Origin: Promethearchaeota archaeon
GTDB taxonomy: Archaea > Asgardarchaeota > Lokiarchaeia > Sigyniarchaeales > SOKP01
Assembly: GCA_008080735.1 (NCBI GenBank)
Contig: SHMW01000062.1
Coordinates: 1-27,032, forward strand
Length of the DNA stretch: 27,032 bases
Direction of reading: 5' to 3'
Part shown: piece after piece, positions 9,097 to 18,383 of the stretch
Position numbering within the stretch: position 1 is the first letter of the stretch
Layout: every line of letters begins with the position of its first letter
Made by a program: the position numbers and the translations under genes
Notes under the pieces: generated by a model
Seen by the model: only the letters and a program-made list of their open reading frames with translations
The model's database searches: none
Told to the model about the DNA's origin: nothing

Positions 9097-9184
9097 TTGG
9101 TAGGATCTCATTTAAAGTGTACTGTAGGAGAGAACGAGTCCGCCAATTTAAAAGGCAAGGGTGCGTTGAATTGCTGATTTCCGA

Positions 9185-9224
9185 TGCGATTCATCTTATC
9201 CCTTAAGGGATGAGTTTTCTCGCA
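9185..9224 (-). repeat. IS200/IS605-type subterminal hairpin end, copy B
   Basis: Stem-loop CTTATCCC-TTAA-GGGATGAG at 9195-9214; the minus strand reads GAGAAAAC...CCTTAAGGG...GATGAA, like copy A. Confidence 0.75.
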
Positions 9225-9257
9225 TTTTCAATAATAAAATTGAAAATATCTAAGTTC

Positions 9258-9551
9258 TTATTCGGATTCGAACTTTTCTTCTTGTTTCTTTTGTTTTTCT
9301 GCCCCTTTCTCAAACATATCCAAGATAACTTCCAGATTCAAATTATTAAATGCTTCAAATCCAAGGTCAAAAAGATTCTTCACAGAATCTTGTGCCATAT
9401 CACTTAATCCCGTATCAATGTCCAATTGGCTCAAGAGATCCTTTACATCGTCTTTTGTGAAATCAAGAGGATTTTCGTTTCTAAATTGTTCTATCAGTTT
9501 CGCAATATCAATATTAGATTTGTTAAATCTGTATTCTGGCTCTTTATCCAT
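9258..9551 (-). CDS. Small acidic hypothetical protein
   Basis: 97 aa, D/E-rich and helical; starts 29 nt after the PlsC-like gene in the same orientation. Confidence 0.65.
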   Translation of the reverse strand: MDKEPEYRFNKSNIDIAKLIEQFRNENPLDFTKDDVKDLLSQLDIDTGLSDMAQDSVKNLFDLGFEAFNNLNLEVILDMFEKGAEKQKKQEEKFESE

Positions 9552-9580
9552 AATGTCTCACATTGATTTATTATACTTTG

Positions 9581-10255
9581 TTATTCTCTTAATTTTAAGG
9601 CATCGATTATTTTTATGATTCCTTCTGCGAGGTCATATCTCTGATCTCTATATTTATCTCTATTTAATTTCTTTTCGATGTTCAAAGGATTGCCGACTCG
9701 TACAACTAATCCATCTATATCAATCATATTAAAGATTTTAGTTTTTCTTGTTACCACCGCGACTGGAATGATGGGGGCATCTCCCGCTATGGCAAATTTA
9801 ATAATTGAAGCCATCGCTTTCACTTGGGTCTCCTCATCTAATTTAGATGGAGGTGTCATTGCTACAAGATCATTTTTTTGATTTAGATATTCAAATACAT
9901 TATCAATCGGTTCTTGATCGTCTTTGCTTTCGGTACTTCGAAACATTCCAAGTGTTTTTAATATTGGACCATAAACTTGGTGCCGAATCAATTTTGGGTC
10001 TAACATAAAGTGAATTTGTCTACCCGATAATTGAATGATTGCCATCATATCGCGAAGAACATTATCACTAATAGTAGTTAGAATAGCTTTGTCGTGTAAG
10101 GGAATTTTTTCCTTTCCCTCTATCTTTAATCCTGCAAAAGTTTCTAATGCAAGTCCTGTGATCCCATTGGTCAGCCCGTATAAGACCTTATTAAAATTTT
10201 CTCGACCACCAATTTTACTAAACATATCACTTTTTTTTTCTTCTACTTCTGTCAT
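9581..10255 (-). CDS. Lysophospholipid acyltransferase (PlsC)-fold protein with degenerate catalytic motifs
   Basis: LKIEGKEKIP, RQIHFM, APIIPVAV and VRVGNPL match the fold. NHxxxxD is replaced by SDNVLRD and FPEG by TPPS. Confidence 0.75.
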   Translation of the reverse strand: MTEVEEKKSDMFSKIGGRENFNKVLYGLTNGITGLALETFAGLKIEGKEKIPLHDKAILTTISDNVLRDMMAIIQLSGRQIHFMLDPKLIRHQVYGPILKTLGMFRSTESKDDQEPIDNVFEYLNQKNDLVAMTPPSKLDEETQVKAMASIIKFAIAGDAPIIPVAVVTRKTKIFNMIDIDGLVVRVGNPLNIEKKLNRDKYRDQRYDLAEGIIKIIDALKLRE

Positions 10256-10276
10256 TTTCGTTCCTCATAATTAACT

Positions 10277-10480
10277 TTACAATTTATAGATAAATTCATT
10301 TACCTCTTCCATACGTTTTTCATAATATTCTTTTAATTCCTTCTCCGAAACAATAGTTGGAATCACTTTCTCTGAAAACATATCAAATAAGGTTGATAAC
10401 TTCATTTGATGTTGGGCCGTTTCTAAAAACTCCTCTCCAATATTTCTTAACTGGTTTAAAAAGTCTTTTAATTCTTCCAT
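10277..10480 (-). CDS. Small hypothetical protein (67 aa)
   Basis: MEELKDFLNQLRNIGEEF...; likely start is ATG 10480; ends 21 nt before the PlsC-like gene. Confidence 0.6.
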   Translation of the reverse strand: MEELKDFLNQLRNIGEEFLETAQHQMKLSTLFDMFSEKVIPTIVSEKELKEYYEKRMEEVNEFIYKL

Positions 10481-10781
10481 TTTTTCAATGAATTGGTATT
10501 GAGTACAGAATGAATACTCATAATTACTTTTTTTATTAAAGATTCTAAGGTATTTAAATATTATAATACCATTCAAATTATTATGAATTTTTAAAATACG
10601 GATAAGGGTTATCTACTAAGAAGTGTGGATTCTTTTTGTATAACATAGTTTTAATATGTTAGTTTTAGTGATGTATAATATAGGAGCTAAATAATTCCTA
10701 ATTCATGTATCTCTGAATTGAATATGCATAAAAGGAATAAAATCTATTGAGTTAAATGCTAAAATTATTAAAATAATGAAG

Positions 10782-11810
10782 TTAAAATACTTCCCATTTT
10801 CCACATCTCGAACCCCATCTTGCGACAATTTCGTTGCCTTTTTCGGGCATCCGAACCTGTACAATTTCACAATTGTTTGGACAATCACCACAATGAAAAG
10901 TAGAGGTCTTAAATTCAACTTCGGTCACATCAAGACCTCTAAATGATGTTTCATGTCCATGATCCAAGTAATAATCTCGAACAAGTATAGCCATCCCTAA
11001 TGCGCCCATGAGTACATTATATTTTGGGACAATGACTTCATATCCTAAGTGTCGTTGAAAGGCTTCAACTATACCTTCATTAAAAGAAACCCCTCCTTGG
11101 AAAACGACGGGCTCTTCCAAATCTTTCCCTTTTGCAAGATTATTAAGGTAATTTCTCACTAATGAATCACAGAGTCCCGCAATAATATCTTCTTTAGAAT
11201 GTCCTGCATTTTGCTTATGAATCATATCGGACTCTGCGAATACCGTGCATCGCCCAGCGATAGAAACTGGACTGTTGGATTTAACCGCATAATTTCCAAA
11301 TTTTTCGATAGGAATATTTAGTCGGGCTGCTTGATGATCGAGAAAAGAACCAGTGCCCGCCGCACAAACAGAATTCATAGCAAAATCCACTATGATACCA
11401 TCCCGAAGAATAATGATCTTACTATCTTGTCCACCAATTTCCAGGATTGTTCGTACCTTTGGATACATAGATTGGGTGGCAACAGCATGAGCGATAATCT
11501 CTGTTTTTGCCAAATCGCCCCCAATTACCGCTTTAGTTAAATATCGTGCTGATCCTGTCGTTCCAACTGACCGAATTGTATAATTTTGCAATTTTTCTTC
11601 GTTTTCAATATGCTCTCTAAGTTTTGAGATCCCTACTTTCACAGAATCAATAGGAGATCCTTGATTTCGCAAAAATACATGACTTAAGACATTGCCATCA
11701 ACATCCATTAACACAAATTTGCATGATACGCTCCCAACATCTATTCCAAGGAATGCGTCCTCTTTGGTATTGTCGGATTGAATTTTATCTGATGCTTGAA
11801 CTTGTACCAT
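10782..11810 (-). CDS. CoA-substrate-specific enzyme activase (HgdC / BcrAD_BadFG ASKHA ATPase, [4Fe-4S])
   Basis: GIDVGS, EIGGQDSK, MNSVCAAGTGSFLD, RCTVFAES, FQGGV; extra C-terminal CxxCxxxC...C motif. Confidence 0.92.
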   Translation of the reverse strand: MVQVQASDKIQSDNTKEDAFLGIDVGSVSCKFVLMDVDGNVLSHVFLRNQGSPIDSVKVGISKLREHIENEEKLQNYTIRSVGTTGSARYLTKAVIGGDLAKTEIIAHAVATQSMYPKVRTILEIGGQDSKIIILRDGIIVDFAMNSVCAAGTGSFLDHQAARLNIPIEKFGNYAVKSNSPVSIAGRCTVFAESDMIHKQNAGHSKEDIIAGLCDSLVRNYLNNLAKGKDLEEPVVFQGGVSFNEGIVEAFQRHLGYEVIVPKYNVLMGALGMAILVRDYYLDHGHETSFRGLDVTEVEFKTSTFHCGDCPNNCEIVQVRMPEKGNEIVARWGSRCGKWEVF

Positions 11811-12071
11811 CTTTCTTACCTAATATTTAATGACTTGTATTTCATTTATCAATTCTTTTTGGATATATATCAAAATGTATCGATTTGTATACTTAAATAC
11901 TCTTTTTATTAAAAAACGCATCTTACCTTTTAAAAGACATCGTTCGTTTCAAACTATCAAAAATATTATTTTTTAAGAAATAATAAAAAGGAATTCTAAA
12001 TCACTTCGAAATTAAATCAATAAAATAAATTAATTGGGGATATGATGTATTTGAAGGGAGGGAGTTGCTTT

Positions 12072-13151
12072 TTAGCTAAGCATATCATCTACTATATCTT
12101 CTATTGGAGAAAACACTTTAAGATTTCCTCGCCAATCGTACAATATATGATCATATAATGTTTCTATTCGAGAGACTAATTTGCTGAGAAATAGTTTGTG
12201 TAATCGGAGGACTTCATCACTTATGATAATTCCATACAAATGATCACCTGAATATACAATAATGTTTTTATTATCTCTTTGAATGATAGAATAATCCATC
12301 CCAGAAATAATATTATCCAAAATCATTTCAATCCCCACAATTCCACCTGATTTCAAAGATTGCTTTGTATAACTTTCTTCGCTACTCATATTTTTGTTAT
12401 ATATTAGCAATCCCGATTTATGAGCGAGTAAAATCGACTCTATTTTCTCTTTCCAATGCAATTCAGAAAGAGATGATATTGAGGTGAAAAATAGAAAAAG
12501 GAGAACGATCCCGATGATTTGAAAAACATCCCCCATTAAACGAAAGCATGAATTCAATTGGGAAACAACTAATCTTGTCGTTAGCTGATAACCAATGGCA
12601 ACAAAAAGAATACCGATTGAGAATTCAATTAAATCGGTTTTAAACCTCCTATTCTCAATTTCTAAATAATAACTGCCCTTCAATCTTTTGATATAAAAAA
12701 CCATATAGATAAAGAATAGAACCCAAAATAATGTGGAAAAGGTTGCGGCTGATTGAAAATCGAGAAAATTGAGTATAATAAAAATTAGAAATAGGATAAT
12801 ATAAATCGAAGAAAAGAGAAACTTTTTGTAGAAGTTGGTTTTTCTCTCCGTAAGAAAAATAAACAAAAAGGCACCAAATATCCCTATGGAAAATGCGGTG
12901 GTTAATATAAGAGTTCCTTTCGAAGGTGAAGAAATGTAATGATCTGCAATTACTATAAAGAACCACATAAAACTATATCCTAAAAATAAAAACAAAAAAC
13001 CCCTATCACCATATTGGTCTAATTTTTTTTCCTTTTCTCTCAATTTTCTCCATAATAAAAAGGATAACTCTATGAGAAGAAAAAAAGTGATCCACTCTAC
13101 AACAATGATTACATCCTTAAGAGCTCCTTCAATTACAAATTGAATTATCAT
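12072..13151 (-). CDS. 7TM membrane protein with C-terminal longin-like domain
   Basis: About 7 hydrophobic segments, then about 130 aa with a beta-beta-alpha-beta-beta-beta-alpha-alpha pattern (ILLAHKSGLLIY, NIIVYSG, LYGIIIS, WRGNLKVF). Confidence 0.65.
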   Translation of the reverse strand: MIIQFVIEGALKDVIIVVEWITFFLLIELSFLLWRKLREKEKKLDQYGDRGFLFLFLGYSFMWFFIVIADHYISSPSKGTLILTTAFSIGIFGAFLFIFLTERKTNFYKKFLFSSIYIILFLIFIILNFLDFQSAATFSTLFWVLFFIYMVFYIKRLKGSYYLEIENRRFKTDLIEFSIGILFVAIGYQLTTRLVVSQLNSCFRLMGDVFQIIGIVLLFLFFTSISSLSELHWKEKIESILLAHKSGLLIYNKNMSSEESYTKQSLKSGGIVGIEMILDNIISGMDYSIIQRDNKNIIVYSGDHLYGIIISDEVLRLHKLFLSKLVSRIETLYDHILYDWRGNLKVFSPIEDIVDDMLS

Positions 13152-13168
13152 AATTTTTTTATATATGA

Positions 13169-14299
13169 TTAATTAGTCAGTTCTATAATTGAGTTATCAA
13201 AACTTTGTATTATCATTTTTTTCTCTTCAAATGTAAGATCTTCATTATTTAGGATTGGGTTAAATCTATTTTGGAATTTCTTTTTGATCTGATGTAAAAA
13301 ATAATCAATAGATTTCAGTTCTTTTGATACTATCAAGCAATATATCAAATCGGAAAACTGGTTTTCACCCCGAGAAATTATAAATTTGATCTTTCCATGT
13401 ATAATTTTCTTTACTTCCTCTTCTTTATCCATTAAATCAGATGTAATTTTTTCAATATTAATGATTCCCTTAGAAAAGAGGACTTCCTTTATCTCATCAT
13501 CAGATAAAGCTCCAACAGGTAAAATTCCCGGCCTGTCTATATTTTTAGTGAAATTATAAGAATATAAAATCCTTTCAGTATTTTTATTAATAACGAATAA
13601 ATTGAGGATATTTTCTTGCCAATAGAATTCTAATAAAACAGGGAAGTTATAGCTACCAAAATAGAGAAATAGGAGTCCAACTAATATAACGGGTATGCTT
13701 ATTATTTCAGCTAAAAATCTGCCAAAATCTCTATAAAATACTATGAACTCTTCAGCCCCAAGTATTACCGAACTAAGAACGATCATCTCTCCAATAAAAA
13801 TAAGAAATATTCTTTTTTTTAATCTCCCGCGAGCCATTTTTGCTACTTTGTAATGGAAATAAGTAAAAAAACTTCCCCCAAGAATGATGCTAATGGTGAT
13901 TAAAATATATTCAATTAAATCTAATTCCGTTATTAGTAAAAGTATAGAAATTATTAATGTAATAATTACTAAAATTCGAGGTATCCTTACATCTATTATT
14001 ATATCGAATATTTTTAATGATACAATAATTAAAAAAGAAAGAGCTGCAAGCACAATGAGAATATGACTTATTTCCCATAAAATCTTCGCCATTGTTTCAA
14101 TTTCAAGGATATATCCTCTTATCATTCGCAAAAAGACACCTGTTAACCCAAAGAATACTAAAAGCGCGTAAGCGAGGATGATTTTGTTGTATCCAATTGA
14201 TTTATCTTTTAATTTGTAATATTGATAAATAAGGTATGCTGTTATTTGATACCCAATGAAAAGTACGACAAATAGAAATGGGAAATAATACTCATTCAC
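13169..14299 (-). CDS. 7TM membrane protein with C-terminal longin-like domain
   Basis: 7 TM segments, then LFVINKNTERILYSYNF, IKFIISRG, LIYCLIVS, YFLHQIKKKFQNRF; ends 17 nt before its paralog. Confidence 0.65.
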   Translation of the reverse strand: MNEYYFPFLFVVLFIGYQITAYLIYQYYKLKDKSIGYNKIILAYALLVFFGLTGVFLRMIRGYILEIETMAKILWEISHILIVLAALSFLIIVSLKIFDIIIDVRIPRILVIITLIISILLLITELDLIEYILITISIILGGSFFTYFHYKVAKMARGRLKKRIFLIFIGEMIVLSSVILGAEEFIVFYRDFGRFLAEIISIPVILVGLLFLYFGSYNFPVLLEFYWQENILNLFVINKNTERILYSYNFTKNIDRPGILPVGALSDDEIKEVLFSKGIINIEKITSDLMDKEEEVKKIIHGKIKFIISRGENQFSDLIYCLIVSKELKSIDYFLHQIKKKFQNRFNPILNNEDLTFEEKKMIIQSFDNSIIELTN

Positions 14300-14488
14300 A
14301 GTTTTTACCAGCTATCAGAAAATAATTTTTTCTCTTAGTTATTTATATTTTATTATTCTCTTTCTTAAAATTATCTATTGCTACTTTTATTTATACCTAT
14401 TGAAATAAACTAAAAATCTTTATTAAATATAGAGAATATTTTTACATTATTCCAGCGGAACCGGAATTATCAAGTATGTGGTGTAAGA

Positions 14489-15022
14489 ATAACTATTGAT
14501 GCGACTTTTAAACTTTTAATAATAGGAGATAATGGAGTTGGAAAAACGGAGCTCCTCCGTAGGTTTATCGGGCATAATTTCGATGAAACCGTCCAACGTC
14601 TAATGGGAGTTAATCTAAGCATTCGGCATGTAACTTACGATGAGAAGCGAATCCTTCTTCAGATATGGGATCTCGCGGGAAGCAGTCAATTTGAATTTTT
14701 ACTGCCTACCTATGCTCGAGGGTGTTCGGGAGCGATTCTGATGTATGATATTACAAATGAAAATTCTGTTCTCAAATTAAAAGAATATTATCAACTCTTT
14801 GAAAACGCAGTGATAAATATCAGCCCTTTTCCTATTGTAGTAGTGGTTGGTTCGAAATTGGATTTGGAGGAAAAAAGGAAAGTATCGCAAAATAGGGCAA
14901 TTGAAGTTTTTAGTACAAGTAGAATTTTTGATTTTTTAGAATGCTCTGGCAAAACAGGTATAAATGTTGACAAAATTTTTAATATTCTTCTTAAGGGCAT
15001 AACTGACCGTCTAAAAATTTAG
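14489..15022 (+). CDS. Rab-like small GTPase with uncertain start (non-canonical start or frameshifted 5' end)
   Basis: In frame upstream of ATG 14603: DATFKLLIIGDNGVGKTELL. G3 WDLAGS, G4 GSKLD, G5 ECSGK. Confidence 0.85.
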   Translation: MTIDATFKLLIIGDNGVGKTELLRRFIGHNFDETVQRLMGVNLSIRHVTYDEKRILLQIWDLAGSSQFEFLLPTYARGCSGAILMYDITNENSVLKLKEYYQLFENAVINISPFPIVVVVGSKLDLEEKRKVSQNRAIEVFSTSRIFDFLECSGKTGINVDKIFNILLKGITDRLKI

Positions 15023-15060
15023 TAATGATATGATAAGATCTCTATTAGAATAAATTGAAG

Positions 15061-16260
15061 TTATTTAGCTTCGATTAAATTCACGCATTCATTATAGAAA
15101 TTATTTCCAAGCTGATCGTAGAGATTTTTTATGCCATGGAACTTGTCTTCTGCTTTCTTGTCTTGAATCCGCTTTTTACGTCTGGAATTCATTAAATCAA
15201 CAAATGCTTCCAGTCTAGTCCTGAAACCCTCTATCCCGCTCTGTTCATCAAATGAAAAGTAAATTATAGGGAGATCATACTCCTTTTTTAAATGATTCGT
15301 GATTAACGTACGTGCTGTGACCTCTGGCATGCACGTGAAGGGATATTGATGGACAAACCCATCCAAGCCCGCTCGTGCATTATGGATGTATTGTCCAATA
15401 ACCCATACGCATTCCCCGCCGATATCCATTGGGCAATACGGTTCTGCTAAATGCTCAAGCCATTTGCGATGAAAATTCACGTGTAATTTATGGGTGATCC
15501 AATCGTACAAGCTTAAGCTCTGATACAATTCCACTCCCATCTCGCCCAGTTTCCGCCGAATATCAAGATTCACGTAGGGTTCTAAGGTGATATATATTTC
15601 TCCCGCGATACCGACCTTTAATGGATTGCGAGACTTATCAATATCCAATTGATTGAAATCTTGTTTTATAACACTTTTGAAGTTTCGTAAACCTTTCAGA
15701 TTGTTGGTCTCATCAAGTTTATGAAGCAACTTTTCCACCAGATCAGTAGTATCCCCTTGATTCCGTTCATAGGCGCGGAAAATCCCCTCTGCTGTGTGGA
15801 TATCTTCGAGATACTTGCATTTTTTAAGGAAAAAGATAACAGCTTTCATAAATTTTGAGTATTGAAAGAGCCCGGTATTCGGAGTAACTTTAAAGAGTGC
15901 CTTTACCCAACCAAAATCCAGTAAATCGGCTTGATCAAGGGGTATTAATCGAAAATCTTTGTATCCCACATCTCTCAATATCCGTTCTTGAACACTGGCG
16001 TAAAATCCAAATCGGCATGGTCCACAATCAATCGCCATTATGATGGTGTCGGCGCCCTTATCTAAAGCACTCTTTAGCTCCCCAAGTGTTGGTTTGAAGG
16101 GAAAACATACAAATTCAGGGCTATGTTTTACTCCAAACTTAACAAGATTTCGATTTACAGGCTCAGGAAGGACTACTTCTACACCAAGCGTCTCAATCAG
16201 CGTTTTAAACGCCACCCAGCTTGTCCCCATGCGTGGAAACGTGACTTTAGGAGAACTCAT
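15061..16260 (-). CDS. 2-hydroxyacyl-CoA dehydratase-like Fe-S subunit (COG3581 type; PlsR-like)
   Basis: SPEFVCFPFK, CGPCRFGFY, VGIAGEIY, PFTCMPE, FDEQSG..G..TRLEAFVD. Confidence 0.85.
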   Translation of the reverse strand: MSSPKVTFPRMGTSWVAFKTLIETLGVEVVLPEPVNRNLVKFGVKHSPEFVCFPFKPTLGELKSALDKGADTIIMAIDCGPCRFGFYASVQERILRDVGYKDFRLIPLDQADLLDFGWVKALFKVTPNTGLFQYSKFMKAVIFFLKKCKYLEDIHTAEGIFRAYERNQGDTTDLVEKLLHKLDETNNLKGLRNFKSVIKQDFNQLDIDKSRNPLKVGIAGEIYITLEPYVNLDIRRKLGEMGVELYQSLSLYDWITHKLHVNFHRKWLEHLAEPYCPMDIGGECVWVIGQYIHNARAGLDGFVHQYPFTCMPEVTARTLITNHLKKEYDLPIIYFSFDEQSGIEGFRTRLEAFVDLMNSRRKKRIQDKKAEDKFHGIKNLYDQLGNNFYNECVNLIEAK

Positions 16261-16531
16261 TTTATTTTCTTGAAGTTGTCTAGATAATAATTATGGTATT
16301 AATTGGAAACTGAAATCTGCTTATCACAATTAATATGATTTATTTAAATAAATTTTTGAATAATAGCTTAAAAATGAAGTCAATTCGATAAAAATATTAC
16401 GAGTATTATTGTTTACAATCCTGATTTCGTCTTTTTTAGCATTTCAGAATCTTTTTTTAAATTTTTTATAGAATGTTCCTTTTTAAGTATTTATTGTAAT
16501 TAGATTTACTTTTTTATGACATTTTAAAAAA

Positions 16532-17500
16532 ATGATTCAAAATAGTCCTATCATTATAGAAATAAAGGGTTTAAACAAAGAGTTTGGGGAAATCCAAGCC
16601 TTATCCAATTTAAATCTAAAGGTCAAAAAAAATTCTATCTTCGGTTTTTTAGGTCCGAATGGTGCTGGGAAGACAACGACGATAAAATTGTTGTTGGGAT
16701 TGATTTCACCAACAAATGGCAATGCAACCATATTTAATTATGATATTATCCGCGACAGCATCAAAATTCGCTCACGAGTAGGCTATTTACCCCAGAATCC
16801 CTTTTTTTATGAGAATATGACAGCGCGAGAAATCCTTGAGTTTTCGATCAAATTTTATTTTTCAGGGTCTAAAGAAGCGATAGATTCAAGAATCGAAGAG
16901 GTTTTAGAACTTGTGGAGCTTTCTGAAAAAGCAGATCGTCCTATTAAGGGATATTCTGGTGGAGAGAGACAAAGACTCGGGATAGCTCAATCTGTTATCC
17001 ATAAACCCGATCTTCTTATCCTGGATGAGCCAACAGCTTCATTAGATCCTATTGGCCGTCATGCTGTACTAGAATTGATGTCGAAATTGAGAGAAGATAC
17101 CACTATTTTTTATTCCACACATATCTTAGATGATGTACAGAGAGTAAGTGATACTGTTGCGATTCTTAATAAGGGGAAACTCGTTGCTCAAGGACCAATA
17201 CAGGAATTATTAGCTGGAAGTGAAGGGGTTGTCTATGTAATTAAGACGAAAAATTCATCCGAAACTATTAGGGAAAAACTAATTGATCTACCATGGATTA
17301 TAAATTTACAAATATCTCAAGAAAGAGATCAATATGTTTGGCTGGTAAATGTAAATAGTGAGGAAAAAGCAGAAGAACATTTACTTCGTATGATATTATC
17401 GGATAAATCGATAAAGATTACAGAATATCGCAAACAAAAGTTTGAATTAGAAGATATATTTCTGAAAGTTATCAAGGAGGATGAAAATGAATTCGAATGA
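16532..17500 (+). CDS. ABC-2 type transporter ATP-binding protein
   Basis: Walker A GPNGAGKT, signature YSGGE, Walker B LILDEP, H-loop STH. Confidence 0.95.
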   Translation: MIQNSPIIIEIKGLNKEFGEIQALSNLNLKVKKNSIFGFLGPNGAGKTTTIKLLLGLISPTNGNATIFNYDIIRDSIKIRSRVGYLPQNPFFYENMTAREILEFSIKFYFSGSKEAIDSRIEEVLELVELSEKADRPIKGYSGGERQRLGIAQSVIHKPDLLILDEPTASLDPIGRHAVLELMSKLREDTTIFYSTHILDDVQRVSDTVAILNKGKLVAQGPIQELLAGSEGVVYVIKTKNSSETIREKLIDLPWIINLQISQERDQYVWLVNVNSEEKAEEHLLRMILSDKSIKITEYRKQKFELEDIFLKVIKEDENEFE

Positions 17501-18269
17501 ACAATTGATTGCGGTTAGTGAAAATGATTGGTGGAATAGATTTAAGAATATTCTTTTTGTAGAATTAGGGGATTTTTGGAAAAGTAAAGATTGGATCTGG
17601 ATGTCTTTATTATGGATTGGTATTGGTAATGGTATAAGTGCTCTCACCTATTTAGGCGGGGCTGAGGTGGAAATGGTGGCAATTTTCAATATTTTTTTTA
17701 TATTTATTGGCCTTTTCCCCCCAATTGCTACAATACTAGTTATGCAAGATTCTATCGTCGGGGAACAACGTTCCGGAGCAATTCTATGGCTTTTATCTAA
17801 ACCAATTTCTCGCCAATCCTTTATTTTCGCAAAATGGTTAGGAAATTCTATTAATCTACTTGTATGTATAACGATTATCCCTGGAACGATCGGGTATTTC
17901 GAATTTTCGGTGTTTTCAGGAGAGTGGTTATCACCAATCCTATATTTCACAGGGATCTCAATTTTAACGCTATATCATTTATTTTTCATCGGATTCACCC
18001 TATTATTAGGGACGATTATGGATACACCAGGTGGTGTGGCAGCCCCTCCGATGATCTTAAATTTCGCCCAACAATTTTTTCAAAGTATTCCTTATGCTAG
18101 TCATGTGTTACCCCTCACTCTATTCTTAAATCAACCAAGTAATTCAGTGATCTTAAGCATTATACTCGGCGAAATTCCCTCTACCATTATTCCAATCATT
18201 TCTACGGGGATATTTACGGTTTTCTTCCTATTTTTAGCAATTTGGAAATTCAACAAAGTGGATTTGTGA
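17481..18269 (+). CDS. ABC-2 type transporter permease
   Basis: About 6 TM segments; motif IVGEQRSGAILWLLSKPISR; overlaps the ATPase stop codon. Confidence 0.9.
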   Translation: MKMNSNEQLIAVSENDWWNRFKNILFVELGDFWKSKDWIWMSLLWIGIGNGISALTYLGGAEVEMVAIFNIFFIFIGLFPPIATILVMQDSIVGEQRSGAILWLLSKPISRQSFIFAKWLGNSINLLVCITIIPGTIGYFEFSVFSGEWLSPILYFTGISILTLYHLFFIGFTLLLGTIMDTPGGVAAPPMILNFAQQFFQSIPYASHVLPLTLFLNQPSNSVILSIILGEIPSTIIPIISTGIFTVFFLFLAIWKFNKVDL

Positions 18270-18383
18270 TAAATTACAATTTAACTAATTTTTTTATTTT
18301 TAAATTGAAAGGAATTATCTCGAAATCTATTAATATTAGAACCCTAATCTATTTTTAAAAGAAAAGAAAAAAACGGTATTGAA

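Larger units (their letters stand above)
8111..9224. mobile_element. Degenerate IS200/IS605-family scar
   Basis: Two related hairpin ends in inverted orientation, a tnpA N-terminal remnant (+) and a tnpB remnant (-), enclosing a GNAT gene. Confidence 0.75.

Noticed and set aside
8839-9111. The 90-aa ORF as a functional gene
   Set aside because: It is a chimera of a TnpB N-terminus and out-of-frame sequence.
10782-11810. Benzoyl-CoA reductase or a classical amino-acid-fermentation dehydratase operon
   Set aside because: No CoA-transferase, dehydrogenase or aromatic-degradation genes are nearby, and the partner subunits are of the DUF2229/COG3581 type. This alternative is disfavoured but not excluded.
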